Counted from the first letter of the stretch, positions 7,601 through 15,999 are shown. The stretch is DNA of 64,000 nt from an uncultured Actinomycetes bacterium (GCA_963810915.1 CAWEPH010000004.1:67788-131787), one strand, 5' to 3'. The notes: a model not told the origin generated them from the sequence alone. Translations and numbers: made by a program.

Positions 7601-9163
7601 ATGGCAACGGCGGTGGGACGGGTACCCGTGCGTCTGCGCATCGGCGTCACGGGACATCGCTCGCTTCCCGACGAGCAGGCGATCGCCGCCCGCGTCGACG
7701 AGGTCCTCGGGCGGCTGCAGCGGATGCTCCCTGCGAGCCCCACGACGCCCGTCCTGTTCGAGGTCGTGTCGCCCTTGGGCGAAGGGGCCGACCGCATCGT
7801 CGCCGAGCGCGTGCTGCGGATCCCTGACGCGATCATGGAGGCACCGTTGCCGCTGACGCCGGCGGACTACGAGCGGGACTTCGCGTCCGCGGACTCGCGG
7901 GAGCGGTTCGCCTCGCTGTTGGAGCGAGCCGAGCGGGTGTGGGTCGTGGGCGATCACGACCGGCTCGACGCGTATCGCGTCACCGGCAACTACGTGGTGG
8001 ACAGCTGCGACGTGCTCATCGCCGTCTGGGACGGGTTGCCCTCCCGCGGCCCGGGCGGCACCGCGGACGTCGTTGATCGGGCACAGGATCAGGCGATGCC
8101 GATGTTCCGGATAGGCTCGGATCCCCCGTTCGACATCCAAGACCCGCCGATCCCCATCGCACCGCATCTGATCGAGGAGATCGAACGCTTCAACGATGCC
8201 GATGCGCCCGCCTCGCTCGGCACGCCGCGGCTGGTGCCCTCACAGACCACGCCGTCCGGGGCAGAGGAGACCCGGCTCCGGACGTGCTTGGAGTGGGTGG
8301 AGCCCCAACACCGTCGCGCCGCCGCGATCGCGAACCGGGCCCGCCGTCGCTTCACGTGGGGGAGCCGAGCGCTCTTCCTCCTGTCCGCGTTCGCCCTCCT
8401 CGCCGCCGCCCTCTCCGTGACATCTGAGGGTGAGGAGATGGAGCGGCGGTTCGCCTACGTCGAGGTCGCGTTGATCGTGGTGGCTCTGGCTCTTTGGCTC
8501 CTGGTCCGGCACCGGTTGCACGACCGATGGATCACGTCGAGGTTCCTGACCGAGCGCCTGCGCTCAGCCGGGTTCCTCGCGTTCGCGGGAGAGCGAACCG
8601 GCATCGGCTCGACGCCCGAGGGCGAACGCGGTGAGGCGTCCCAGGAGTGGATCACCCGCGTCTGCCGAGAGGTGTGGCGCACACGCCCTCGGATCGGCGA
8701 CGCCGATCGGTCGCTCGATGACGTGAAGGCGATGCTGATCGTGGACTGGGTGCATCGACAGCAGACCTACTACGAAGCGCGCGCGAGGGACCATCTGGTC
8801 ACATCCAGGTTCCTCCTGGTCGCCGGCGCCATCCTGTTCGCCGGCACGATCGTGGCGGCCACGATGCACGCATCGGGGCTGGTGGGGGACCGGCTCTCGC
8901 ATGCGGTGGTGGTGCTCACGATCGCGTTGCCGGCGTTCGCGGGCGCGCTGGCGGGCATCGCGGGCTTGGAATTGCATGCACGACACGCGGCTCGGTTCCG
9001 TTCGATGGCACGACGCCTCGCCGACCTGCAGGACCGCCTCGCCTCGGCTGCCGGGATGGGCGCCGTTCGAGCCATCGCGTACAGGGTCGAGGCCGAGCTG
9101 CGGACGGAGGGGGAAGCCTGGATCGACGTGATGCGGTTCCAGGACGTGGAGCTTCCGTCCTGA
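7601..9163 (+). CDS. SLOG-like Rossmannoid domain fused to C-terminal 4-TM SLATT-like module
   Basis: ATG at 7601. N-terminal domain: RIGVTGHRSL, SPLGEGADRIVAERVL, LIAVWDGLPSRGPGGTADVVDRA (YpsA/LOG/DprA-like motifs). C-terminal half has two 2TM units, each followed by an R..(A/T)ER/ARH helix. QQTYYEARARDH...LLVAGAILFAGTIVAA...VVVLTIALPAFAGALAGIAGL resembles SLATT_4/5-type domains. Confidence 0.6.
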   Translation: MATAVGRVPVRLRIGVTGHRSLPDEQAIAARVDEVLGRLQRMLPASPTTPVLFEVVSPLGEGADRIVAERVLRIPDAIMEAPLPLTPADYERDFASADSRERFASLLERAERVWVVGDHDRLDAYRVTGNYVVDSCDVLIAVWDGLPSRGPGGTADVVDRAQDQAMPMFRIGSDPPFDIQDPPIPIAPHLIEEIERFNDADAPASLGTPRLVPSQTTPSGAEETRLRTCLEWVEPQHRRAAAIANRARRRFTWGSRALFLLSAFALLAAALSVTSEGEEMERRFAYVEVALIVVALALWLLVRHRLHDRWITSRFLTERLRSAGFLAFAGERTGIGSTPEGERGEASQEWITRVCREVWRTRPRIGDADRSLDDVKAMLIVDWVHRQQTYYEARARDHLVTSRFLLVAGAILFAGTIVAATMHASGLVGDRLSHAVVVLTIALPAFAGALAGIAGLELHARHAARFRSMARRLADLQDRLASAAGMGAVRAIAYRVEAELRTEGEAWIDVMRFQDVELPS

Positions 9164-9208
9164 CGCCGACGTGAACGGAGGCCGAAGGCATCCGCGATCG
9201 GCGACCGC

Positions 9209-9237
9209 GTGACGCAGCCGTGACGCTCGAGTGACGG
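9209..9237 (+). promoter_or_regulatory. three direct heptads GTGACGC / GTGACGC / GTGACGG at exact 11-bp phasing (SARP-box-like)
   Basis: Heptads start at 9209, 9220 and 9231. They lie 62 nt upstream of the peptidase ATG (9299). The same core with the same phasing occurs at 12823-12851 on the other strand. Confidence 0.5.
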
Positions 9238-9298
9238 CCCGGGAGTACCCCGATGTCGATCGAGCGATCGTTGTTGGGGAAGACTGGAGGTAGCAACC

Positions 9299-10117
9299 AT
9301 GGCTGGACGACGGCTCGCCGCTGATGCCCCCGAGCGGAGTGCTAGCGACCTCACCGGACCACATCTGCTGGGCCGCGTCTTCATCCCGGATCCCAGGGAC
9401 TGGTCGCTGGGTCGACTCATGGAGGTCGCCGAGCCGGCGGAGTCGATCTTGCAACAGACGGTCGAGCAGGTGATGGAGACCACCGACTACTTCTCCGATT
9501 GGCGGTCGTACCTGGTCTTCTGGCGGTGGCTGAAGCGCCATCGCCAACCGCCCGAGAAGAAGGACGTCACGCCGCCATGGGAACTCGAGGTCCAGCTGGA
9601 TCAGGGGCAGACCAACCATTGCGTGGGATTCGGGTGGGCGGGCTGGGGCGACGCGGCCCCGGTGAAGGACGTGTTCCAGAACACCGACGCGCACGCTATC
9701 TACTACGAGTGCAAGACCATCGATGGGCAACCTCACGGTGAGAATGGGTCGACGGTCCGTTCCGGAGCGCTGGCGATGCGCACCAGGGGTCGGCTGGCCG
9801 CGTTCGCCTTCGCAACGTCGACGGCCGAGATCAACCAGTGGATCGATGCACATGGTCCGGTCGTCGTCGGCACCACGTGGACGAACGACATGTTCGCTCC
9901 GGATGCGAACGGGTACATCGAACCGACGGGTGGGCCCGCCGGCGGGCACTGCTACCTGATGCTGGACCGGATCGATGAAGAGGACGCATACCTGTTCCAG
10001 AACTCCTGGGGCGGCAACTGGGGTCTGGATGGTCGGTTCAAGATGAAGCGGACCGACTTCGAGGCGCTCCTTGCGGACTTCGGCGAGGCGTGCTGCGCCG
10101 CAGAATTGACGTTGTAG
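9299..10117 (+). CDS. papain-like cysteine peptidase (family C1), no signal peptide
   Basis: Catalytic motifs in order: QGQTNHCVGFG (Gln-6/Cys), GGHCYLMLD (His), FQNSWGGNWGLDG (Asn-Ser-Trp). Confidence 0.8.
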   Translation: MAGRRLAADAPERSASDLTGPHLLGRVFIPDPRDWSLGRLMEVAEPAESILQQTVEQVMETTDYFSDWRSYLVFWRWLKRHRQPPEKKDVTPPWELEVQLDQGQTNHCVGFGWAGWGDAAPVKDVFQNTDAHAIYYECKTIDGQPHGENGSTVRSGALAMRTRGRLAAFAFATSTAEINQWIDAHGPVVVGTTWTNDMFAPDANGYIEPTGGPAGGHCYLMLDRIDEEDAYLFQNSWGGNWGLDGRFKMKRTDFEALLADFGEACCAAELTL

Positions 10118-10140
10118 CGGAACCGTCGCATCGTCGTCGG

Positions 10141-10464
10141 ATGGTGGACGTCTCCTTGGCAGCTGCCGATTCGGGCAGCGTTCGATCCGTCCACGTGGGG
10201 GACGTCATCGTCGTCTCGCTGGAAGAGAGTCCCACGTCGGGCTTCCGCTGGGATGTGGACGCGTTGACGCCCTGCCTCGGTGCGGCCGGAGATACGTTCG
10301 TTCCAGCGCCCGACGCTCAGCTTGGAGGTGGTGGAACCCGGCTCCTCCGCTTCGAAGCCCGAACGGTCGGAGAGGGCCCCATCGCGCTCCGACTTTGGCG
10401 GTCCTGGGAAGGAGACGCTTCCATCGTCGAGCGCTTCGCCGCGACGATCGCCATCCAGCCATGA
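10141..10464 (+). CDS. chagasin-family (I42) cysteine peptidase inhibitor
   Basis: All three chagasin loops can be read: ESPTSGFRW (NPTTGY/FxW loop), QLGGGGTRLLRF (GxGG loop), LWRSWEG (RPW loop). ATG at 10141 (MVDVSLAA); the tracked ORF begins at 10090. Confidence 0.75.
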   Translation: MVDVSLAAADSGSVRSVHVGDVIVVSLEESPTSGFRWDVDALTPCLGAAGDTFVPAPDAQLGGGGTRLLRFEARTVGEGPIALRLWRSWEGDASIVERFAATIAIQP

Positions 10465-10494
10465 TCCCGGACACGAGCCGGTGACGATCGAGCG

Positions 10495-11163
10495 TCAGGT
10501 CTCGAGCCGGCCGTACTCCACCAGCCACTGGAGCTCGGGCGCGCGCTCGAAGATCGCGACCCCTCCTCGCGATGGCCGCGCTCCGATCTGCATGTTGTCG
10601 TCCACCACCATCGTGATGTCGTCGGCGTGAGGCCACGCTCCGTTGCGATCGGAGAAGTGGTAGAAGATGAAGTCGCCGGAGAGGGTGTCGTCTGGCTCGT
10701 GGAACGTCTTCACCCGGCTATCGGTGCGGATCCCGTCCGATAGGTGGGGTAACGCGATGTCGCGCACCTCCTGCACGGCGCGGACCACCAAACCCGAACA
10801 GTCACCGTCCGGCGGGAAGATGTGACCGAAGACGTACTTCTCGCCCAGGTGCTTCTTCGCGGCGGTCACGAGTGGCGATTCATCCCTGTCGTCGCGGACG
10901 ATGCGCACCGCCACGCCGGGTTCGTCGTAGTTCGAGCCCCCGATCACGACCTTGTCGCCGAACGAGCCGGCGACCAGCTGTTCCTCGAGCATCTTCATGA
11001 TCTGTGGCCTGGGATGTTCCTCCTTCAGGTGCCCGTGGAAGTGGTACGGCGGCGCGATCAGCAGCAACTTCGCTCGGGCGCTCTCGATCGCCTCATCGAG
11101 TTCCTGACCCGGATCGTGGAACCCCGTCCCAAAGGTCGTCACCTGGTACTGCTTGCCGCTCAT
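10495..11163 (-). CDS. NlpC/P60 (C40) domain protein with unknown N-terminal half, no signal peptide
   Basis: C-terminal GDCSGLVVRAV ... LSGDFIFYH ... WPHADDITMVV fits the Cys-His-His NlpC/P60 order. Lies 59 nt downstream of the peroxidase gene on the same strand. Confidence 0.7.
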   Translation of the reverse strand: MSGKQYQVTTFGTGFHDPGQELDEAIESARAKLLLIAPPYHFHGHLKEEHPRPQIMKMLEEQLVAGSFGDKVVIGGSNYDEPGVAVRIVRDDRDESPLVTAAKKHLGEKYVFGHIFPPDGDCSGLVVRAVQEVRDIALPHLSDGIRTDSRVKTFHEPDDTLSGDFIFYHFSDRNGAWPHADDITMVVDDNMQIGARPSRGGVAIFERAPELQWLVEYGRLET

Positions 11164-11222
11164 GCCAGTTCACTCCTTTCCCAGTCGCCCCGATCGTCGT
11201 CGCATCGCCGGCGCGTCTCTCG

Positions 11223-12773
11223 TCACCCGAGCGGCGCGAGCAGGGACTTCTTCCCCTCGAAGGCGAAGAGCAACAGGTCGACCATCCGGAACGTCGTCTC
11301 GTCGGGACCGAGTGTCGGGCGCCATGTCGGGTTCCGGACGATCGACGTCTGGCTGCCCTCCATCGCTCGGTGGAAGGTCTCGGCGACGATCCGCGCACCG
11401 ACGCCCTTCAGCTTCCCCTGGTTGAGCTCCGCCTCACGAAGGATGTAGAACCACAACGGCGTGTTCGCGATCACCGCGTCCCGCTGCTGGGCGGCGAGTC
11501 CGTCGAGCACCGCCCCGTTGTTCCCGTCTCGCACCTGCGCGCTGGTGAGCTTGGTCAAGGCCACGCCTTTGTTCTTCAGGAACGTAGCCATCTGTTGTCC
11601 GGTGGCGAGCTTCACCATCCTCGCCCGCGTCAGGTTGCGGAACGCGAGGTTGTCCTCGTCGGGCGCGAACCCGGGGAGGTGTGCCAACGGGTTGGATAGC
11701 TTCGTGTCGATCCGCATGGCCCGGTTGGACTTGGCGGCGGGCACGATGAGGCCGGGCTTGCCGGCGTCGCCGAAGTCGTAGAGCCTCCGGAAGTCCGCGA
11801 TCCACGTGCTCGGGAGACGCGGATCGCCCAGGAAGTCACCGCTGAGTCCCGAGAACGCGAACAGCAGGTCGAGGGACCCGGCGCCGTTGTCGAAGACGGC
11901 GTTCCAGTTGTAGGCCGCTCGGACCATCGAGTGCCCGAGCCGGTACGCCGCCACCGAGAACTCGATCGGCATCGTGGGGACGTCGGTCGGACTCACCCCC
12001 ACCTCGAACGCCTTCCTCCCGTGAGCGAAGACGTCGTTCACGACGCTCGCCGCGCAGATCCGGGGCAGGAAGTCGGTGCGGAGCATCCACTGGTAGTGCC
12101 TGGTGACGACCCTGCGGGCCCGGGCGAAGGCCTGGCTGGGCGGCACGGACGCAGGCAGCGTGTCGACGACACGGTTGTGGAAGCGGATGAGGGCGAGGTG
12201 CGTCTGGGCGACGGCGAGGTTCTCGTCGTTCCGTGGATCCGGGATGATCGCCGTGCGCTTCTCCGCCGGCGTCGTGCCCTCGCCGCGGGGAAGATCGAAC
12301 CCGACCATCACAGAGAGCCCATCGGCGGCAACCGTCTTGCCCATCTTGAGGTGAAGACCGTCGGCCTCGTAGAACTTCGCCGACTCGGGCTCCGTGGGCC
12401 CGGCACCGTAGAGGGAGTCGAGATCGAGACTCGGCGAGCGTCCCTGCAGGAGATCCGCGGGCGAGATGTTCTGGCCGAGCATGACGCTCGTCCTGTCGAA
12501 GGTGAGGTCGTGGTCGGCGAACTGACCGAGGTACGTGAAGCCCGCCGGGATCGTCGATTCCCCGCCGCCGGCCGAGACCATGGCGTTGCCGAGTGCCTTG
12601 CGATTCGCATCGCTCAGCTGGCGGTCGACCCCCCTCGGCCCCATCCTGCTGAAGCGGAACGGCGGGATCTGGGCCTCCAGGGCGGCCGTCAAGGTTCGCT
12701 CCCGGCCTCCGACGCTCTCCCCGAGCAGTCCTTCACCGATGACGAAGTAGCTCTCGGAACCATGCCGTTCCAC
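11223..12773 (-). CDS. haem peroxidase of the peroxidase-cyclooxygenase (animal haem peroxidase) superfamily
   Basis: LGQFADHDLTFD (distal His), LIRFHNRVV (REHN-like), SVAAYRLGHSMV (proximal His), LWFYILREAE. Confidence 0.8.
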   Translation of the reverse strand: MERHGSESYFVIGEGLLGESVGGRERTLTAALEAQIPPFRFSRMGPRGVDRQLSDANRKALGNAMVSAGGGESTIPAGFTYLGQFADHDLTFDRTSVMLGQNISPADLLQGRSPSLDLDSLYGAGPTEPESAKFYEADGLHLKMGKTVAADGLSVMVGFDLPRGEGTTPAEKRTAIIPDPRNDENLAVAQTHLALIRFHNRVVDTLPASVPPSQAFARARRVVTRHYQWMLRTDFLPRICAASVVNDVFAHGRKAFEVGVSPTDVPTMPIEFSVAAYRLGHSMVRAAYNWNAVFDNGAGSLDLLFAFSGLSGDFLGDPRLPSTWIADFRRLYDFGDAGKPGLIVPAAKSNRAMRIDTKLSNPLAHLPGFAPDEDNLAFRNLTRARMVKLATGQQMATFLKNKGVALTKLTSAQVRDGNNGAVLDGLAAQQRDAVIANTPLWFYILREAELNQGKLKGVGARIVAETFHRAMEGSQTSIVRNPTWRPTLGPDETTFRMVDLLLFAFEGKKSLLAPLG

Positions 12774-12822
12774 GGTCGCTCCTATCCGGGTCGCTCGTCT
12801 CTCACGTGAACGTCGCCGCCGT

Positions 12823-12851
12823 CCGTCACCGCATCGTCACCGGCCCATCAC
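12823..12851 (-). promoter_or_regulatory. three direct heptads GTGATGG / GTGACGA / GTGACGG at 11-bp phasing (SARP-box-like), upstream of the peroxidase operon
   Basis: Read on the minus strand: GGTGATGGGCCGGTGACGATGCGGTGACGG. Heptad starts are 12851, 12840 and 12829. They sit about 50 nt upstream of the ATG at 12773 and directly downstream of the SARP gene stop. Confidence 0.5.
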
Positions 12852-12888
12852 CTCGGGGCGTCCAGCGGTACCGGTCGGATCCCGAGGG

Positions 12889-13803
12889 CTATCCGTCGAA
12901 CGCGGTCACGAGCTCCTTCATCAGGGCAGAGGGAGCCAGCTGGAGTTCGTCCGCGAGCAGCCTCCGGTACCACTCGTACTGGCGGATGGCGCTCACCGTG
13001 TTGCCTTCGGCGAGATACACCCCGATCAGCGCGCGGTGGGCGCTCTCTCTGAGGGGTTCCGCGGCGACGGCCGCCAACGCCGCCTCCACGGCTTCGGCAT
13101 ACATGCCCGCTGCGACCAGACGTTCGCTCAGACGCTCGAGCGCGTGCAGCCGGAGTTGCAGCAACCTCTCGCGCTCGAAGAGTGCCCACTCGTCGTACCA
13201 ATCCGGGAGCAGCGCACCGTCGAGCTGCAGGAGCTTGAGCTCGTCCGACTCGAAGGCACCGGAGGATCCGAGGATCGTGCGCGCCACGCCGGTCGCCTCT
13301 CTGTGGTCGACCTGGACGCGCGGGTCGAGCCAGGCGTGATCGACGGACGCGCTGACGAGGGTGAGGCCCAGCCTATGCAGGCGCCACAACGCCGAGCGGA
13401 GGCTCGCCGATGCCCGCTTCTCGGACACGTCGGGCCAACACGAGGATGCAACGAAGCAGCGTGAAAGCGAGCGATCGTGCACGGCGAGGAACGCCACCAC
13501 TCGTTGCGCACTCGTAGGGATCTCCACCGCACGTGCGTCGGCGGAGAGTTCGAAGCCTCCCAGCAGGCAGAGACGAAATGTCGGCTCTCTGGAAGCACCG
13601 GTCTGGAGCCGCTCGCTGGCCACCGATGGTTCGCCGCGAACCTTGAGCCCCATGAGCGCCCTCCCGGCATGACCCGAGGAGTAGCAGCTGGATCCTTGGT
13701 CGAACCCATCCTTCGGGTCAACCCGGAGGCTAGTGAAGGTGCTCTTCCAGGCATAGTGGGATATCCGACCATCACCCGTTCGACCGACTGGGAGAGGGCG
13801 CAT
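12889..13803 (-). CDS. SARP/AfsR-type regulator (OmpR-like winged helix + BTAD domain)
   Basis: FRLCLLGGFELS...VEIPTSAQRVVAFLAV (wHTH). DWYDEWALFERERLLQLRLHALERLSERLVAAGMYAEAVEAALAAVAAEPLRESAHRALIGVYLAEGN...AIRQYEWYRRLLADELQLAPS (BTAD). Start uncertain; alternative ATG at 13653. Confidence 0.75.
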   Translation of the reverse strand: MRPLPVGRTGDGRISHYAWKSTFTSLRVDPKDGFDQGSSCYSSGHAGRALMGLKVRGEPSVASERLQTGASREPTFRLCLLGGFELSADARAVEIPTSAQRVVAFLAVHDRSLSRCFVASSCWPDVSEKRASASLRSALWRLHRLGLTLVSASVDHAWLDPRVQVDHREATGVARTILGSSGAFESDELKLLQLDGALLPDWYDEWALFERERLLQLRLHALERLSERLVAAGMYAEAVEAALAAVAAEPLRESAHRALIGVYLAEGNTVSAIRQYEWYRRLLADELQLAPSALMKELVTAFDG

Positions 13804-13860
13804 CTACCCGAAGCGGCGGCGCCCGCTCGTCGGGTTCTTTCGGAGCAGGTGAGGCCGCGG

Positions 13861-15999
13861 TCAGTAATCGTCTCCCTTAACGTAGGTCCGCGTCGCGGTG
13901 TTCGCCTTCACGCGCGTCGGGCGCATCATCTCGTTGTCCTCGTGGTCGATGATGTGGCAGTGCCAGACGTATCCGTGCCCACCGTCGGGGTCGAAGGGAT
14001 ATGACGCCTTCGCGGGGCGGGCATCCGCCGGAAGGTCGGTCGGCGCCCAGCGCACGACGATCCGCGTGACATGGCCGGGAGGCATCATGACGGTGTCCTT
14101 CCAACCGGCCTCATTCGCCGCCGGAGGCAAGGGGGAGCGCCTGAGGAACGGCCCGACATCGGGGTTGCCCCCGAGGGCTCTCGGATTGCCGTTGCGATAG
14201 TGGAGCGGCGGGCCGAACCCCGGCTGGTACACGCCACCCGGGAACGCGTGTTCGTAGACCGCCGCGTACCTGTCCACGTCGAAGGCCTGCCGGTTCATGA
14301 GCTGGAACTGAACCAGGTGTAAGTGCATCGGATGTGCGTCCGCCGTCAGGTTGACGATCTCCCAGAGCTCGGTGTCGCCCTCGTGGGGGAGCTCTGAGTA
14401 ATAGGTCGTGACCCCGCCGACGGTGATCGCCGTGAAGTCGGGCCGAGGCGTGCCGGGCAGCTCCGTGTTGTTCACCAGGATCTCGAGCGGCCCGCCCTCG
14501 TACTCGACATCACCGACGATCGACGGTCCGCCGATGACCTCATTGAGCGTCAATTGGCGGGTCTTCCGAACCTTCACATCGCTGGCCTTCCTCCCTGCGA
14601 CCGGGTCGACCAGTCTCACCATCGGCCTGCGAAGGGGGCGCCCGCTTGCCGGGTCATAACTCGTGTCCCGGCCCGTCGGAGGCACCACCCGGAACTCCAT
14701 GATCCTCCCGGTCGTGTGGCCGTTCGGAGCCTCTCCGCCCGGATAGGGAGCCCTCGCGCTGTTCCGGAGGAGCAGTCGGGTCCCGGGTGAGAGGCCATGG
14801 AAATCGACGATCACGTCGGCGCGCTCGCCCGGCATGATGAGCAATCGCTGGAGCCGGCCCTTCGGCGCGTTGGGATCGATCTTGACGGGTACGTCGAGGT
14901 AGCCTCCGTCGGTGCCGATCTGCCACATCGCCGGCCCCTCGATCTTCGACTCCCGATCGACGAAGAACATCTCGTAACCACGCGCGTTCGAGCCGTTCAA
15001 GAAGAGGAAGCGGTAACGCTTCGGTTCGACTTCGAGGTGCGGCCAGACCTTACCGTTGACCGCGATCGTGTCGCCTAGGAACTCGGGGACCCAGAAGGGG
15101 TGCTCGGGATTGGGGATGAACGGGATCCCCGCCGGGAAGTAGAGCTGCCCGTTCGTGTCGAACATGCGGTCCTGGACGACGAGTGGGATCGGCGCCGGAA
15201 GGTTCGCGGGCGGCGGATCCGCCGGATCCGTGATGAGGTAAGCGCCCGCGAGGCCGGCGTAGACGTTGAGGCGGGTCAGGCCGAGGGCGTGGTCGTGGAA
15301 CCAGATGGGGGCCGCCTGTTGTGTGTTCGGGTACCGGTATACGGCATGGCTCTTCGGAGAGAGACCGTCCCTGCTGTAGTAAGCATGACCCGTGTACGCC
15401 CCGTCGCTCGAGAACCAGGAGTCGGGCCCACCGTCGATGAGGGGGGGTACCTCACCACCGTGGAGGTGAGGGGTGGCCACGACGGGACCTCGGTAGTGCT
15501 CGGCGCAGGAGCCGGTCGGCGGCTGGGCGGGCTCAACGCTCTCGGCGCAGGCGTTCGCCTCGTCGTTCAGCGGGTCGGCCCAATGCATCGTCTGGTCGGT
15601 GGCGTCTGTCCAGGCGCGAACCTTGGTACCTCCTGTTGTGCCCAAGTCGTTGATCCACCTGATCTCCGTCGGCGTTCCCCGCCGGGCGACGATCACGGGA
15701 CCCAGGTAGGACGCCCTCGTCCGCTGACCTCGCTGGAGGTATCCCCAGACCCACGTCTTCGGGAAGCCCGTCGGCAAGACCTGAGCTAGGAACTCGGTCA
15801 TCTTGAGGTCGATCCGACTCGTGCCCGCGACCACGACGTCGAGAGCTGGGAGCGCGTCGACGAACTGCCGGATCGATCGGCCGGCCATCGGGATCTGTCG
15901 AGCTGCAGGCACGGTCTCGGACCAGGCGAAGCGCGGCAGGGCGATCAAGCCGGCTCCTGCGAGTGCGCCACCTGTGAGGAAGCGGCGTCGGGTGATCAT
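13861..15999 (-). CDS. Tat-exported multicopper oxidase
   Basis: Twin-arginine signal MITRRRFLTGGALAGAGLIAL. Copper motifs HLHGG, WFHDHALG, HPMHLHL, WHCHIIDHEDNEMM. Confidence 0.85.
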   Translation of the reverse strand: MITRRRFLTGGALAGAGLIALPRFAWSETVPAARQIPMAGRSIRQFVDALPALDVVVAGTSRIDLKMTEFLAQVLPTGFPKTWVWGYLQRGQRTRASYLGPVIVARRGTPTEIRWINDLGTTGGTKVRAWTDATDQTMHWADPLNDEANACAESVEPAQPPTGSCAEHYRGPVVATPHLHGGEVPPLIDGGPDSWFSSDGAYTGHAYYSRDGLSPKSHAVYRYPNTQQAAPIWFHDHALGLTRLNVYAGLAGAYLITDPADPPPANLPAPIPLVVQDRMFDTNGQLYFPAGIPFIPNPEHPFWVPEFLGDTIAVNGKVWPHLEVEPKRYRFLFLNGSNARGYEMFFVDRESKIEGPAMWQIGTDGGYLDVPVKIDPNAPKGRLQRLLIMPGERADVIVDFHGLSPGTRLLLRNSARAPYPGGEAPNGHTTGRIMEFRVVPPTGRDTSYDPASGRPLRRPMVRLVDPVAGRKASDVKVRKTRQLTLNEVIGGPSIVGDVEYEGGPLEILVNNTELPGTPRPDFTAITVGGVTTYYSELPHEGDTELWEIVNLTADAHPMHLHLVQFQLMNRQAFDVDRYAAVYEHAFPGGVYQPGFGPPLHYRNGNPRALGGNPDVGPFLRRSPLPPAANEAGWKDTVMMPPGHVTRIVVRWAPTDLPADARPAKASYPFDPDGGHGYVWHCHIIDHEDNEMMRPTRVKANTATRTYVKGDDY

